DNA from: Candidatus Cloacimonadales bacterium
Lineage (GTDB): Bacteria; Cloacimonadota; Cloacimonadia; Cloacimonadales; DAONDQ01
Direction: 5' to 3'
Assembly (NCBI GenBank): GCA_963662275.1
Contig: OY759316.1
Location: 2,560,001 to 2,624,000, forward strand
DNA: 64,000 nt
Position 1 is the stretch's first letter. Every line of letters starts with the position of its first letter. Shown piece after piece: positions 51,101-59,946 of the stretch. The notes under the pieces are model-generated. The model saw nothing but the letters and a program-made list of their open reading frames with translations. It was not told the DNA's origin and did not search any database. Made by a program: the position numbers and the translations under genes.

Positions 51101-52448
51101 CATTTCTATTATCATAGAAGATGAAAGCGTTAAGGATGCTTTGACGATTAGTTGTATTCCCGGTCACTTAATCAAAAGGTATAAGACAAATTTACTCAGG
51201 CTTACAGATTTTATCAATTTCAGTCCTCGGGACAACCAGCTTCCTTTCATTGATAATGCGGTTGATTTCATAGCTGATACTTGGATGGAAATTGGTAATC
51301 TCAATTCTACAACACCCAACGGTAGATTCGGCAAGACTCATTACTACCTTAAACCTTCCTCTCTTCAATTTATCTCTAATGAGTCAAATAGAGACAATTG
51401 TCACTTTTCCTGGATAGAACCTGACCTGCTTTTTAACCCTGTGATTGATATCAGCCATCACAGTGATTCTGATGTTCAAACAGCACATGCTCTTGCCTAT
51501 CCTTTTTATATCAATCCAAGGTTTGATCTGATAATCCGCCATAAAGATGCTAAAGATGCTAAAGATGATAAGGTGAAATATCATTTCGGTTCGACAACGA
51601 CAGAAGATTACTTCACATTTTTCATGGAGCTATTGTTTAAGAATAGGTCTATTAGGAATTCCGTGGCTGAATTTATAAGCAATGCAAGTGAATCAAGTAT
51701 AGGATATCAAATAAATGATATTCCTTTTGCACAGAAAGATACAGAGGATATTACAAACCATACTTTTATTTCCAGAAACTGGTTTTCATCACACCAGCAA
51801 TTTATTGATATTTTAAAAAGCAATTTATCCCCAGAAGAATTTAGTAATATGTGTTTTAAATATATCGTTCCAAAAGTATTCTCTTATTCAACCTGGTATT
51901 TAGGCGTACCACTTAATAGTCCGCGAAAAGACAGAGCCTGTGAGATTATTGTCAAAATGACTGAATATCATGATTTAGCGAATTTCCAACTGAATGGCAT
52001 CGGTATTCAATTGGGAAATTACGCTTTCAGGGATGAATGTTATAAATATTACCCTCATTTAGCATATCATGAAATTCTAACCGGAATAGGGAACATCCAT
52101 TCTTTCCGTGATAATGCAAATCATAATAGTACCGGTATTCCTTTGGCTTCCATGGATTGTTTTTATGAATTAATTACTCCCATTGGAGGTTTGCTGCAAA
52201 ATGTACATCAAATGCTCAAATCCACTATGTCATCTTGTCCTTTGAATAGCGATCTAATATCAAGGATTATTGGTCAAATTACTAATATTTTCACAGCATA
52301 TACCTCGGACAATTTATGTAATGAATGCTATTTCAATTATCTGACAAATATAAATAGAGAAAAGTTATCTCGACGAGCCTGTGATTGTTGGTTAGGTGCG
52401 TTATTCGGTTTAGTACAATCAGATTGTCCCGAGGAAAATAATTGTTAG
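48150..52448 (+). CDS. 1432-aa KaiC/RecA-like double-domain ATPase with a C-terminal region possibly of solute-binding-protein fold
   Basis: TGISGLNQLLMGG, Walker A GESGVGKT, Walker B IIVIDS, EYFCDVV, RYIELIESR..GRHPF; second degenerate domain GEKGCNKS, RRLVLDN, IADNI; GGAGG RBS. Confidence 0.7.
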   Translation: MGTTKILKYNQESINFLRSLEEHVNKAYTTDRNSTAKENTGKIKELQRRHVGWTMISFEDDFVTKLTEIRLNQAETNNEEEKIINEIDQYLLMLSLLDNIFYGYPSERSMEDCNGKPINNHLNNWVRTFYHLTLINNKAGDDVDKKKAHAYEIQILIKDFISIPKDFASSYFGYDTGISGLNQLLMGGFLLPEDSTAMITVDGESGVGKTTFVVNLVCAILKNCGDTVFKHNRDTIIHKHAERLPIFIDYFILEQSYNNIKRCITNFNLLPILKDTHDVVTANPIDPKDTVYYAEELDGLLNICQKNSRKLVMSIHPVPMCSAADLLQQVQKCEEPFQAKSVLEDRHIIVIDSINAVLDMDIEQSKWRQVLQALRSILGGKKSKCPNEGKNKKENNTILILTQEKDPSKKDTMVEYFCDVVMGFEKKNINGEYLRYIELIESRFQDMCFGRHPFHFSTKGQASFGIYPSASALMELIPNQLKQIQPDKKTLEFGIKIDGILKFFVNTHLKNSGMKPYFLKNSVSNLNGEKGCNKSAFSKFFTLSSYRDERWISMSERAFENDLYETEVTDKECYHEMNYSEKEADKIWNEIKEMKPYPKSYNPANPSETEKHCNPIDKAIGMIVKFGENYEENEHDVVIDAPWGKVIIPANALKVEPKFWGRVSDVICHFEVKNFSEEYYLEQIMDVIRAIESYHVYEEIPKTFENLLRRMKLSRILWEKTSLREPEVEATPNNVEFSPSFAIYKDKDYINDNSNVKVEDRNIYNSSIFFYHESLPIKVRRLVLDNTENLIDIFKQIDAQDFITTITHFGLAKGITILIVNQVGRGSRNQINDICNAIADNIFEFQREYFCGGWYSVLHIKRSSNSWHNRMYYNIYKRHDELLELQDTFSFISSFHNELKELIPIRLFLPGKSQAEIDMYANLSIALNPSNRDFPDMNYSIERDKRLPYKDSHEQWHTYLKEMIIYSMTHPQVEVIKASDPFTDISIIIEDESVKDALTISCIPGHLIKRYKTNLLRLTDFINFSPRDNQLPFIDNAVDFIADTWMEIGNLNSTTPNGRFGKTHYYLKPSSLQFISNESNRDNCHFSWIEPDLLFNPVIDISHHSDSDVQTAHALAYPFYINPRFDLIIRHKDAKDAKDDKVKYHFGSTTTEDYFTFFMELLFKNRSIRNSVAEFISNASESSIGYQINDIPFAQKDTEDITNHTFISRNWFSSHQQFIDILKSNLSPEEFSNMCFKYIVPKVFSYSTWYLGVPLNSPRKDRACEIIVKMTEYHDLANFQLNGIGIQLGNYAFRDECYKYYPHLAYHEILTGIGNIHSFRDNANHNSTGIPLASMDCFYELITPIGGLLQNVHQMLKSTMSSCPLNSDLISRIIGQITNIFTAYTSDNLCNECYFNYLTNINREKLSRRACDCWLGALFGLVQSDCPEENNC

Positions 52449-52614
52449 AAGTTTTTGATAAAATTCGATGCTCAAACATAATTTAGATAAATACTAGTAC
52501 CTTGATAAGTATCACTTTACACTAGATTGGGGAGTCTCTGTATTGTGTAAACTATCTATCCTTTGCATCAGCAAGCATTTCATGAATTTTCTATACACTT
52601 GGATTTTCGGAATC

Positions 52615-53955
52615 CTAATTAAGATGCATGATTTTACGAACCTGAGTTTCCTCTCCTTGTATAGTTTTCAGGAAATAGATACCAGATGCCAGATCTTTTT
52701 CATTAATGTTCAATACCTGGTTGGGAAAAGCATCTACAGATTTAACAAGTTGACCTTTTAAATTATACAGGCGTAGAGTCACACTAGTGTTTGATCTGCT
52801 CTTGATCATCAAATGCAAATCAGTTGTAAAAGGATTTGGAAATACGGTTACTGTCATCCTCTGAACAGAAGGAATATTACTATCATCATTCAATGTTGGA
52901 GGTTGCCATGTAGTGGTAATCCGTTGCTCATATTCAGGGACAGAGTTATTCAAATGATAAGCTGTTTCCACAATTTGGTTACCGTCCTGTGAAACAGCAA
53001 ATTCCTTTGATTGATAATTTACCCAATTCGGATCTGAAAAAGTTTGGGTAGTGATGGTGGATAGATGATTATTTTCATAAGTAAAGAGCAATTGATTTTG
53101 CATTAACCAATCATGGTCATACCAGCTCTGATCAAGAAGATCATCAATCAAGGGAAAACTCTGATTCGATAAAATCCAATCATAAGGGTTATCTGTTTGT
53201 CCAATGATATCGTTGATAGAGCCAACAGACACTTCCAAGCCTTTTCCAAGAGTTATTGGTAAAAGATGGGAAATCAAATTGATGAACGAAACACCGGTTG
53301 TTGCATCGTTCGAGTTATAAACCCTGGTCACATTCTCATAATTTACCCAATTAAGTGAGTCCTGTGATGTCAGAATCAATTCGCTAATTATCCTACCTCG
53401 GTTATCCAGTTCAAAAGAACTCTTTTTAAATATAGAGGTTTGAAAGCCAGGTTTCCAGGTATAAACTGTATCCAAATCCTGGTTATTATAGAGGATTCCC
53501 ATGCGAAGATTATCATTGAATATCCCCGTGAAGATGTCCTTATTTGCCAAATTCAGGGCAACGATTCGATTTTCAGAATCATACGATACTCTTAACCGTT
53601 GCACTGGATTCATTGGGGTAATATACACCATAGCATTCGTTACATAATGATGAGTAGGTTCATAACTGAATACAGTTTTGCTATTAATTATCCAACTACC
53701 GCTATTAATATCCCAGTTGTAGGTCAGAAGACTATCCACCGAATTGGTGACTGTGTCATTATAATAAAATTCATCCCTGGCATTTATATGCCAGCCGAAA
53801 TTATCGATAATCTCACGTACCTGGCTTAAAACCAGAGTATTACGATAATTATCTTTGACACCTGATTTCACAGCGATGCCAGAGAGATTATTACTGATGG
53901 AAAAAAATAATGTAGGAATAACAAGAAAGCTCAAAAAAAGGTAAATATTCTTCAC
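52615..53955 (-). CDS. secreted protein with T9SS-like CTD
   Basis: GTG start with GGAGG RBS; signal peptide; VFPNPF...LYNLKGQLVK...SGIYF...RKIM. Confidence 0.75.
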   Translation of the reverse strand: MKNIYLFLSFLVIPTLFFSISNNLSGIAVKSGVKDNYRNTLVLSQVREIIDNFGWHINARDEFYYNDTVTNSVDSLLTYNWDINSGSWIINSKTVFSYEPTHHYVTNAMVYITPMNPVQRLRVSYDSENRIVALNLANKDIFTGIFNDNLRMGILYNNQDLDTVYTWKPGFQTSIFKKSSFELDNRGRIISELILTSQDSLNWVNYENVTRVYNSNDATTGVSFINLISHLLPITLGKGLEVSVGSINDIIGQTDNPYDWILSNQSFPLIDDLLDQSWYDHDWLMQNQLLFTYENNHLSTITTQTFSDPNWVNYQSKEFAVSQDGNQIVETAYHLNNSVPEYEQRITTTWQPPTLNDDSNIPSVQRMTVTVFPNPFTTDLHLMIKSRSNTSVTLRLYNLKGQLVKSVDAFPNQVLNINEKDLASGIYFLKTIQGEETQVRKIMHLN

Positions 53956-54075
53956 TAATGGTACCTCCAATCTTTAATAGATTGACTTGATTGGAAATAG
54001 TATGAATGTTGTCAAGTAATTAACTATCGCAATATCAAATAAGAAATCATTCGGTTATCGGGAAGTATATTTATT

Positions 54076-54522
54076 TCAATCAGCGAACAAACTGGAAATT
54101 TTTAAACGAAGGATGTGTAAATCTGGAAAACAAATGAGGAGATAGTGGTCTATTACGAGGAAGTAAGCCCAGAAACTGATAGGTCCAAGCCTTTTAGGTA
54201 GAGCAGCATGAAATTTTGGAATAATTGATGGTAAACTTATCTGTGATTGCTGTTTTCCCCAAAAAGCGGTTTCATCGTTATGTGCTTTGGTTTTAATTAT
54301 ATGCTTACCCTCGGGGTATTCACTGATCAAAGGATTGGATGGAATCTCCTTTTTCCTTTTCGAAGGCAGCCAGGCATACAACTCCTCTACTCTACTTATC
54401 AAAGATAAATGTGCTTTCAGAGCTTTAATGGCTTTCCGTAAATCCTCCAAATCTCCGATAGTCTCTGCTTCGCTCCAGAGTAATATATCTTCATTGTCAA
54501 AAGCCAGATGCAAAGCTATCAT
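54076..54522 (-). pseudogene. probable N-terminal fragment of an SNF2-family helicase
   Basis: MIALHLAF...LLWSE and AWLPS...PS.PL resemble bacterial SNF2 N-termini; no helicase motifs follow. Confidence 0.4.
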
Positions 54523-54601
54523 ATGAAAATCCTTTATCGAGTAAGAAGAAAGCTCTATTATGACGAGGAATAAACGTCAAGAATTGATTCCTCTATGTAA
54601 T

Positions 54602-54629
54602 TTCGAACTTCGAACTTCGAACTTCGTAC
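54602..54629. repeat. heptamer tandem repeat (TTCGAAC)x3 plus one variant
   Basis: Seen directly; degenerate relative at 26397-26440. Confidence 0.8.
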
Positions 54630-54936
54630 TTCCCATGATCCCCGTAGGGAAGAAACATATTAACACTGGATTTTAATCCGGTGATATGATAAATGTGATC
54701 TAAAGGTCTCTCCGGAACGCTGTTTTCAAACGGCTATGCAGGTTTTAAGGCGCATTGCCATGACCCCTGCTCTGCTTGAATTCAATCCGTAGGATGTCAC
54801 TCTGTTAGCCCAGGAAGTCCGTTCTCTGAACTGCAAATCTTCACTCTTCCATCTTCGAACTCCAAATCTTCAATCATCCATTTTCAATCTTCAATCAAAG
54901 CACTCTACTCTCCTCTCTTTCTTGGCTCTACAGAAC

Positions 54937-55080
54937 CATAATTGAACCCCTTAATTTATACCAGTTTCAATCTAGTTTCAATCCTGTTTCATTCCTGTTT
55001 CGTCAAATAGGATAGAGATTGGTAGGGGATTGGTAGGGGATTGGATTTTGATTGGTAGTGTCTTTGGGGTTCGAATTGTG
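54937..55080. repeat. second copy of the 11-bp-unit palindromic element (cf. 9689-9822)
   Basis: ataccagtttcaatctagtttcaatcctgtttcattcctgtttcgtcaaa followed by gattggtaggg units. Confidence 0.75.
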
Positions 55081-55454
55081 ATTATAACTATTCCAATTGA
55101 GGTTTCTGTTTCAGATGCAGAGAATCAAACTCTCTCGAAAAGATGGGCGTACTTCCGCACGCCCCTACTGCCACCCTCTCTTCATCTGAAGGGAGAAATG
55201 GGTCAGTGTGGATATTTCGGAGTGAGAGAGCATAGTGTACGCTCCAACAGAGCCACGTCTTCGGAAAAATAGAGCCACCTAATTCGGAGATGAGAGCCAC
55301 TCTTCTATTTTCAATAATTAATACAGGTAATATACAAAAAAATAAGCTATAACTAATCTTTTTGCGACGGCTGCCGTGAAGTGAGGCCGTAGGCCGAGCG
55401 AAGCGGCAGCCGTCGCCGGGAAAGTTGTAGTACCATCCCAAGTATTAACTATCG

Positions 55455-56201
55455 TTATTCTTTCTTAATGCCATTGCGTTCTCTCATTGACACTTTACCA
55501 TCGATAAAAATAGGATAGGAATCGTGTATAATCCGGTCAAGGATGGCATCGGCAAGGGTTTCCTGACCAATCTTCTCATGCCATCCTCCGGTTCTGAACT
55601 GAGAACAGAAGATCGTTGATGAGTGCTGATGCCTCGCTTCGATAATCTCCAAAAGATCTCTTGCCTCTTGTTCTCTGAGTGGTGTCAGCAGCCATTCATC
55701 AAGTATCAGCAGTTTGATCTGCTTGTATTGTTTTATGACTTTCTTAAAAATACCTTCACCTCTGGCAACTGCCAGGTCATCCAGCAATTCGGGAAGTCGT
55801 ATATATCTGACAGGATAATAGTTCCGGCAGGCTGCTATCCCGAAAGCACAACCCAGCCAGGATTTCCCGTTTCCTGATGCTCCCATAATGATTATATTCC
55901 GATTTTCGCTGATGTAACTGCAGGTTGATAAACGGATAATCTCAGATCGATCCAGCTTTCTGTCATCATGATATTCTACGTCTTCAATACTTGCCTGGCT
56001 GAACTTCAAGTTTGCCTTCTTAATTAGCCTCTGCAGTCTGTTATTTTTGCGTCTGGCCCATTCAGCATCTACGAGCAGACTGAAGCGTTCTTCGAAAAGC
56101 AAATCCTTAAATGCACCATCATGTAATTGCTGGCAGAAAGTATCAGCCATAGCACTCAAATGCATCTCGTGAAGCTTATTGACTGTTGATTGGCTGATCA
56201 T
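55455..56201 (-). CDS. istB: IS21 helper ATPase IstB
   Basis: GASGNGKS, LLILDEW, DAILDRIIH, SMR. Confidence 0.95.
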   Translation of the reverse strand: MISQSTVNKLHEMHLSAMADTFCQQLHDGAFKDLLFEERFSLLVDAEWARRKNNRLQRLIKKANLKFSQASIEDVEYHDDRKLDRSEIIRLSTCSYISENRNIIIMGASGNGKSWLGCAFGIAACRNYYPVRYIRLPELLDDLAVARGEGIFKKVIKQYKQIKLLILDEWLLTPLREQEARDLLEIIEARHQHSSTIFCSQFRTGGWHEKIGQETLADAILDRIIHDSYPIFIDGKVSMRERNGIKKE

Positions 56202-57742
56202 TTATTTTTCCTCCCGTAGTAGTCTGCACCTCTGGTAATACCAAAATCAGAAGCAGGATCATTCTTTGCAGTCTCTGCCGCATTATTGATCTTATCAAAA
56301 CCCGTCTTGAGTATGGTTTGGATATTTTTATAACCGGGATTGGGTGTATAAGATAATGCCCTTTGACATGCACTTTCGAGCCTCTGCACAGAATACCTGT
56401 CAGCTGATTTCAGAAGTGCCATACAGGAACGGTATCCCTGCTGTTCAACACGATAGGATGCCAGAATAGACTTAATTACGATCATCGTATGTTCCCCTAT
56501 TTCCTTTGCCCAGGAGATAAACCTCTCTGCATTCCATTCCTGATATTTCTGATGCTGTTCAGGCATATGTTCAGGGAGTGTCTGATACTGACCGGGATGA
56601 CCAAATTTCCTGACATGGGAAGCGATTCTGTTGGAGTTATAGAAAACCTCGACAACTCTGCTTGTGATGCGTACATCCACATAGTATTTTATGTATTCAT
56701 AAGGAACCGAATAGTACATCTTATCCACGCTTATATGATAATTGAACTGTACTGTTGCCTTTGACCAGGCAGCAAGCTCATATGGCGACAATGACAATGG
56801 AATAAGCATGGGCTGTTCTTCTGCCTGAAAGACACTTTCTCTGCTTCCTTCTTTCTTTTGAAAGGGCTTGGTATTGAACTCTCCCAGTTTTTCCCTGATT
56901 GACATATTGAGTTCATGAAGCGAAAAGAATGTCTGGTTTCGCAAGGCAGCAATGATCCAGGTTGAGATGACTCCAACTGTGCCTTCTGCACTGGGCTTAT
57001 CCTTTGGTCTTCTAACTCTGGCAGGTATTACCGCAGTATCGTAATAAGCAGACATTTCTCCATAGGTTCTGTTGATAACGGGAGTATACCACGACACATG
57101 GTCAACTCCCGTCTTAAGATTATCAGGAACAAGTATTTTAGTAACTCCATTAAAGTACTTGAAGCTATTTATATGAGCCTGAATCCAGCTTTCCATATTC
57201 ATGGAAAGAAAGGCTTCCACATAGGAATAACCACTGTACGGGAGGGTTGCTACAAAAACATAGGCTTTGATCGGTTCACCGGTAATGTTGTTTTTGATGG
57301 CGGCAGTCTGTCCAGCCCAGTCCACTTCCAGCTTTTCTCCTGGTTTGTGTTTTATTCGCATGGTTGCTTTTGTCTTTTGTGAGTAATCATGGTAATGTTT
57401 GCAAAATTGCGTATACTTGTAGGGAATAGCCTGATTATTCCTGCATCCCTCAGAGTATTCATGCCAGAGTAGCGACAGTGTTACACCACTCTTGGCAAGT
57501 TCCTTGTGTATGTGTTCATAATCAGGCATCTTCTGCGGGTTTGACGATAAGTAAGCCGGAAAGAGCTGCTCTTCGATCATCTCATTTGTTAATGTATCAG
57601 GAAGCGGCCATTCAAGGCTCTGGTCTGTTGCCCTTTGAATGATCATCGACACGTTATTGCGGGAACAGGATAAACTCGCCGCTATGCCTCGTCTGCTTAT
57701 TCCCTGGCTGTGTAAGCGAAGGATCTCTCGGTAATTGGTCAT
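56198..57742 (-). CDS. istA: IS21 DDE transposase IstA
   Basis: PGEKLEVDWAG, VPDNLKTGV, PKDKPSAEGTV; ATGA overlap with istB. Confidence 0.95.
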   Translation of the reverse strand: MTNYREILRLHSQGISRRGIAASLSCSRNNVSMIIQRATDQSLEWPLPDTLTNEMIEEQLFPAYLSSNPQKMPDYEHIHKELAKSGVTLSLLWHEYSEGCRNNQAIPYKYTQFCKHYHDYSQKTKATMRIKHKPGEKLEVDWAGQTAAIKNNITGEPIKAYVFVATLPYSGYSYVEAFLSMNMESWIQAHINSFKYFNGVTKILVPDNLKTGVDHVSWYTPVINRTYGEMSAYYDTAVIPARVRRPKDKPSAEGTVGVISTWIIAALRNQTFFSLHELNMSIREKLGEFNTKPFQKKEGSRESVFQAEEQPMLIPLSLSPYELAAWSKATVQFNYHISVDKMYYSVPYEYIKYYVDVRITSRVVEVFYNSNRIASHVRKFGHPGQYQTLPEHMPEQHQKYQEWNAERFISWAKEIGEHTMIVIKSILASYRVEQQGYRSCMALLKSADRYSVQRLESACQRALSYTPNPGYKNIQTILKTGFDKINNAAETAKNDPASDFGITRGADYYGRKNK

Positions 57743-57955
57743 TGCATTGACCTCCATGAATTGATTTACACTGATACAGTGCATTAATTCATGTTGGTTT
57801 TTTCTTTCAAAATAGCAAGGTGGCTCTATTTTAGCGAAGACGTGGCTCTAAAACTCCGTACAAGTGGCTCTCATTTAGAATATTATTCAGTCAGTGATAC
57901 GAGATCAAACCAGATTGCATTAGAATACAAGTTCAGAGCATTGCAGTCTAACTTT

Positions 57956-59601
57956 CAGGCATCCCCCCGTAATTTTCTTAACAATTAGTTTAGAAGCGTT
58001 TATAGTAACAGTCAAACGTTTTGCCGACTTTGAAAATCTGTTTAACATCACTGGTTGGTCAAAACTCCTAAACAGAAACTAGTGCAATTTGTAATTTACG
58101 GTAAACAGAAGAGTTGTGTTTTCACGGTAAAAGCAAAAAGCAGGTATTTTAATAAAACTTATAAAATTATGTGAGAAAATAAGATAACTATATAGAATGT
58201 CCATAATAAAACTGTACAAAAAAAGTGTCTCCGATCTTTTGTTCAAGCACTAAACCAAACCTAAGAAGGAGACACCCATGATTAATAAGAAGCAAATCAA
58301 AACCAGAGAAACCTTGCAAGTAAAATTGTTACAATTTCTGAATAATTTTAGAGAAACGCAATCTCTACCTGTGTATAAGTTCATACAGGATATCTGCTTA
58401 GGGATACTGAAAAGTAAATCTGTAATTATGCTCCAAATAGCGAAACAGCTAAATGAACCAATCACGGTTAAAAAGCTCTGCGAACGTTTCACCCGACATT
58501 TGAATAAGAAGCCCTTAGGAGATAAGCTGCAAGCGGAAATAATTAGGCATCAGTGCCAGGGTTTTGATGATGAGACAGGCATCATAGTTGATGAAAGTGA
58601 TATCGTAAAAACCAAAGCCAAAAAGATGGAGGGATTGCAGAAGGTGCGTGATGGCAGCACCGGCAGTCATGATCAGCAGGGCTATGCATTGCTGAATATA
58701 ATTGCCTATCAGGCAGGCAGTACAGGCTATGAGATAAAACCCATCAGTTCAGACCTGATAGCCCGAAACATGGAACTGGATAGCGTCTCTCAGATCATGG
58801 AAGACCGGCTAGTGGGGATTATTCTTGCAAGTGGTAACCGTGGAGTAACTATTTTCGACCGTGGCTTTGACAACCGAAATCTATTCAGCTTTCTGCATGA
58901 ACATGGACTAAGCTATATCATCAGATCAACAGGTGAAAGAAGTCTTATCATGGATGGCTGCGAACAGAACTTCATGGCAGTGGCAAAGACAGTGAAACTC
59001 GATCATACATTCAATCTGCAAGAATCAGGACAACAGATAAAATGTGGTTTAACGCGGGTGAAGCTGCGTTTGAATCCTTACCCTGTAAAATACCCTGATA
59101 CTACAGATGCCTGGCTTATTGTTGCACAGTTCAGTCCCGATGCTAGTGGCAGACAGGGATATTTCTATTTCATCTGCGACTTTCCGACACAACCTTATCT
59201 GACGGAAAATGCTATCATGGAGAAGGTTTTGCGGATGTATCGCATACGCTGGAAAATCGAAGAGGTCCATCGCCATATCAAGCAGGAATATGGTTGGGAA
59301 AAGATACAACTGAAATCATATACCCGTCTGAAAAACATGAACCAGCTGCTTCTGCTAGCTATGTGCTACCTGTATTCTCTGAAAAAGTATGCTGGCGTAT
59401 TTTTAGATGCCTTCCCAAATCTTATGAAATACTCAAATAAACAGTGGAAGCAGATATATGACTTTGTGTATTATCGTCTGTCAATGCTGATAGAGATGTG
59501 TTTTGCCACCGTGACAAGGTACAGGCTCAATCCTTTTGCAGGAAAATGGCTGGATAATCAGCAGCTAAAAATTCCTGGTTTGAAAAACGGGGGGATGTGA
59601 G
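57956..59601 (+). mobile_element. IS4-family insertion sequence with 11-bp target-site duplication AGTCTAACTTT
   Basis: TIR core catccccccgt at both ends (caggcatccccccgt / acggggggatgtgag); TSD at 57945-57955 and 59602-59612. Confidence 0.9.
58278..59600 (+). CDS. IS4-family DDE transposase
   Basis: VDESD, FDRGF and the Y-2-R-3-E-6-K signature YRIRWKIEEVHRHIK. Confidence 0.9.
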   Translation: MINKKQIKTRETLQVKLLQFLNNFRETQSLPVYKFIQDICLGILKSKSVIMLQIAKQLNEPITVKKLCERFTRHLNKKPLGDKLQAEIIRHQCQGFDDETGIIVDESDIVKTKAKKMEGLQKVRDGSTGSHDQQGYALLNIIAYQAGSTGYEIKPISSDLIARNMELDSVSQIMEDRLVGIILASGNRGVTIFDRGFDNRNLFSFLHEHGLSYIIRSTGERSLIMDGCEQNFMAVAKTVKLDHTFNLQESGQQIKCGLTRVKLRLNPYPVKYPDTTDAWLIVAQFSPDASGRQGYFYFICDFPTQPYLTENAIMEKVLRMYRIRWKIEEVHRHIKQEYGWEKIQLKSYTRLKNMNQLLLLAMCYLYSLKKYAGVFLDAFPNLMKYSNKQWKQIYDFVYYRLSMLIEMCFATVTRYRLNPFAGKWLDNQQLKIPGLKNGGM

Positions 59602-59657
59602 AGTCTAACTTTTCCTTGACAGCCTACATCTTGGACAGGAGCTTGCTTTTTTACCGT

Positions 59658-59734
59658 CGGGATGTAGCGCAGCTCGGTAGCGCGTTCGGTTCGGGACCGA
59701 AAGGTCGCTGGTTCAAATCCAGTCATCCCGACCA
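59658..59734 (+). tRNA. tRNA-Pro (anticodon CGG)
   Basis: Cloverleaf: acceptor cgggatg/catcccg, anticodon arm ttcgg-ttCGGga-ccgaa, GGTTCAAATCC, encoded CCA. Confidence 0.97.
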
Positions 59735-59837
59735 TTTTTTTAAGCTCGAGTGCTTTGCTTCACTGCTGTGAAGTAATATGACAGATATGTTAGTAACAGT
59801 TTAATTTATGTTCTAGATATGTATGAATTGATTGTTT

Positions 59838-59928
59838 AGTAGGATCGGAATCCTACTCCATGAAAAGATTTAAGTAGGAACGGCGTCCTACTCTACGAGA
59901 AGACAGCAAGAACGGCGTCTTGCTTTAC
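59838..59928. repeat. cluster of three REP-like hairpins, same family as 33099-33246
   Basis: agtaggatcggaatcctact; agtaggaacggcgtcctactctac; agcaagaacggcgtcttgctttac. Confidence 0.7.
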
Positions 59929-59946
59929 AACGCAATAAGAGGTAAC

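Larger units (their letters stand above)
55209..57889 (-). mobile_element. IS21-family insertion sequence with 7-bp target-site duplication GTCAGTG
   Basis: TG...CA ends; TSD at 55202-55208 and 57890-57896; AGAGCCAC boxes three times at 22-bp spacing at each end (inverted); istA and istB. Confidence 0.92.

Noticed and set aside
48150..52448. Circadian clock kaiC
   Set aside because: No kaiA/kaiB, nearly three times KaiC length, degenerate second Walker A; KaiC-like only.
55088..55441. 117-aa minus-strand ORF and overlapping 55030-55272 ORF
   Set aside because: Both cross the IS21 terminus and repeats; not plausible genes.
59658..59734. tRNA-Pro as the attachment site of an integrated island
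   Set aside because: No duplicate of the tRNA 3' end and no integrase seen; the IS elements are upstream and have their own TSDs.
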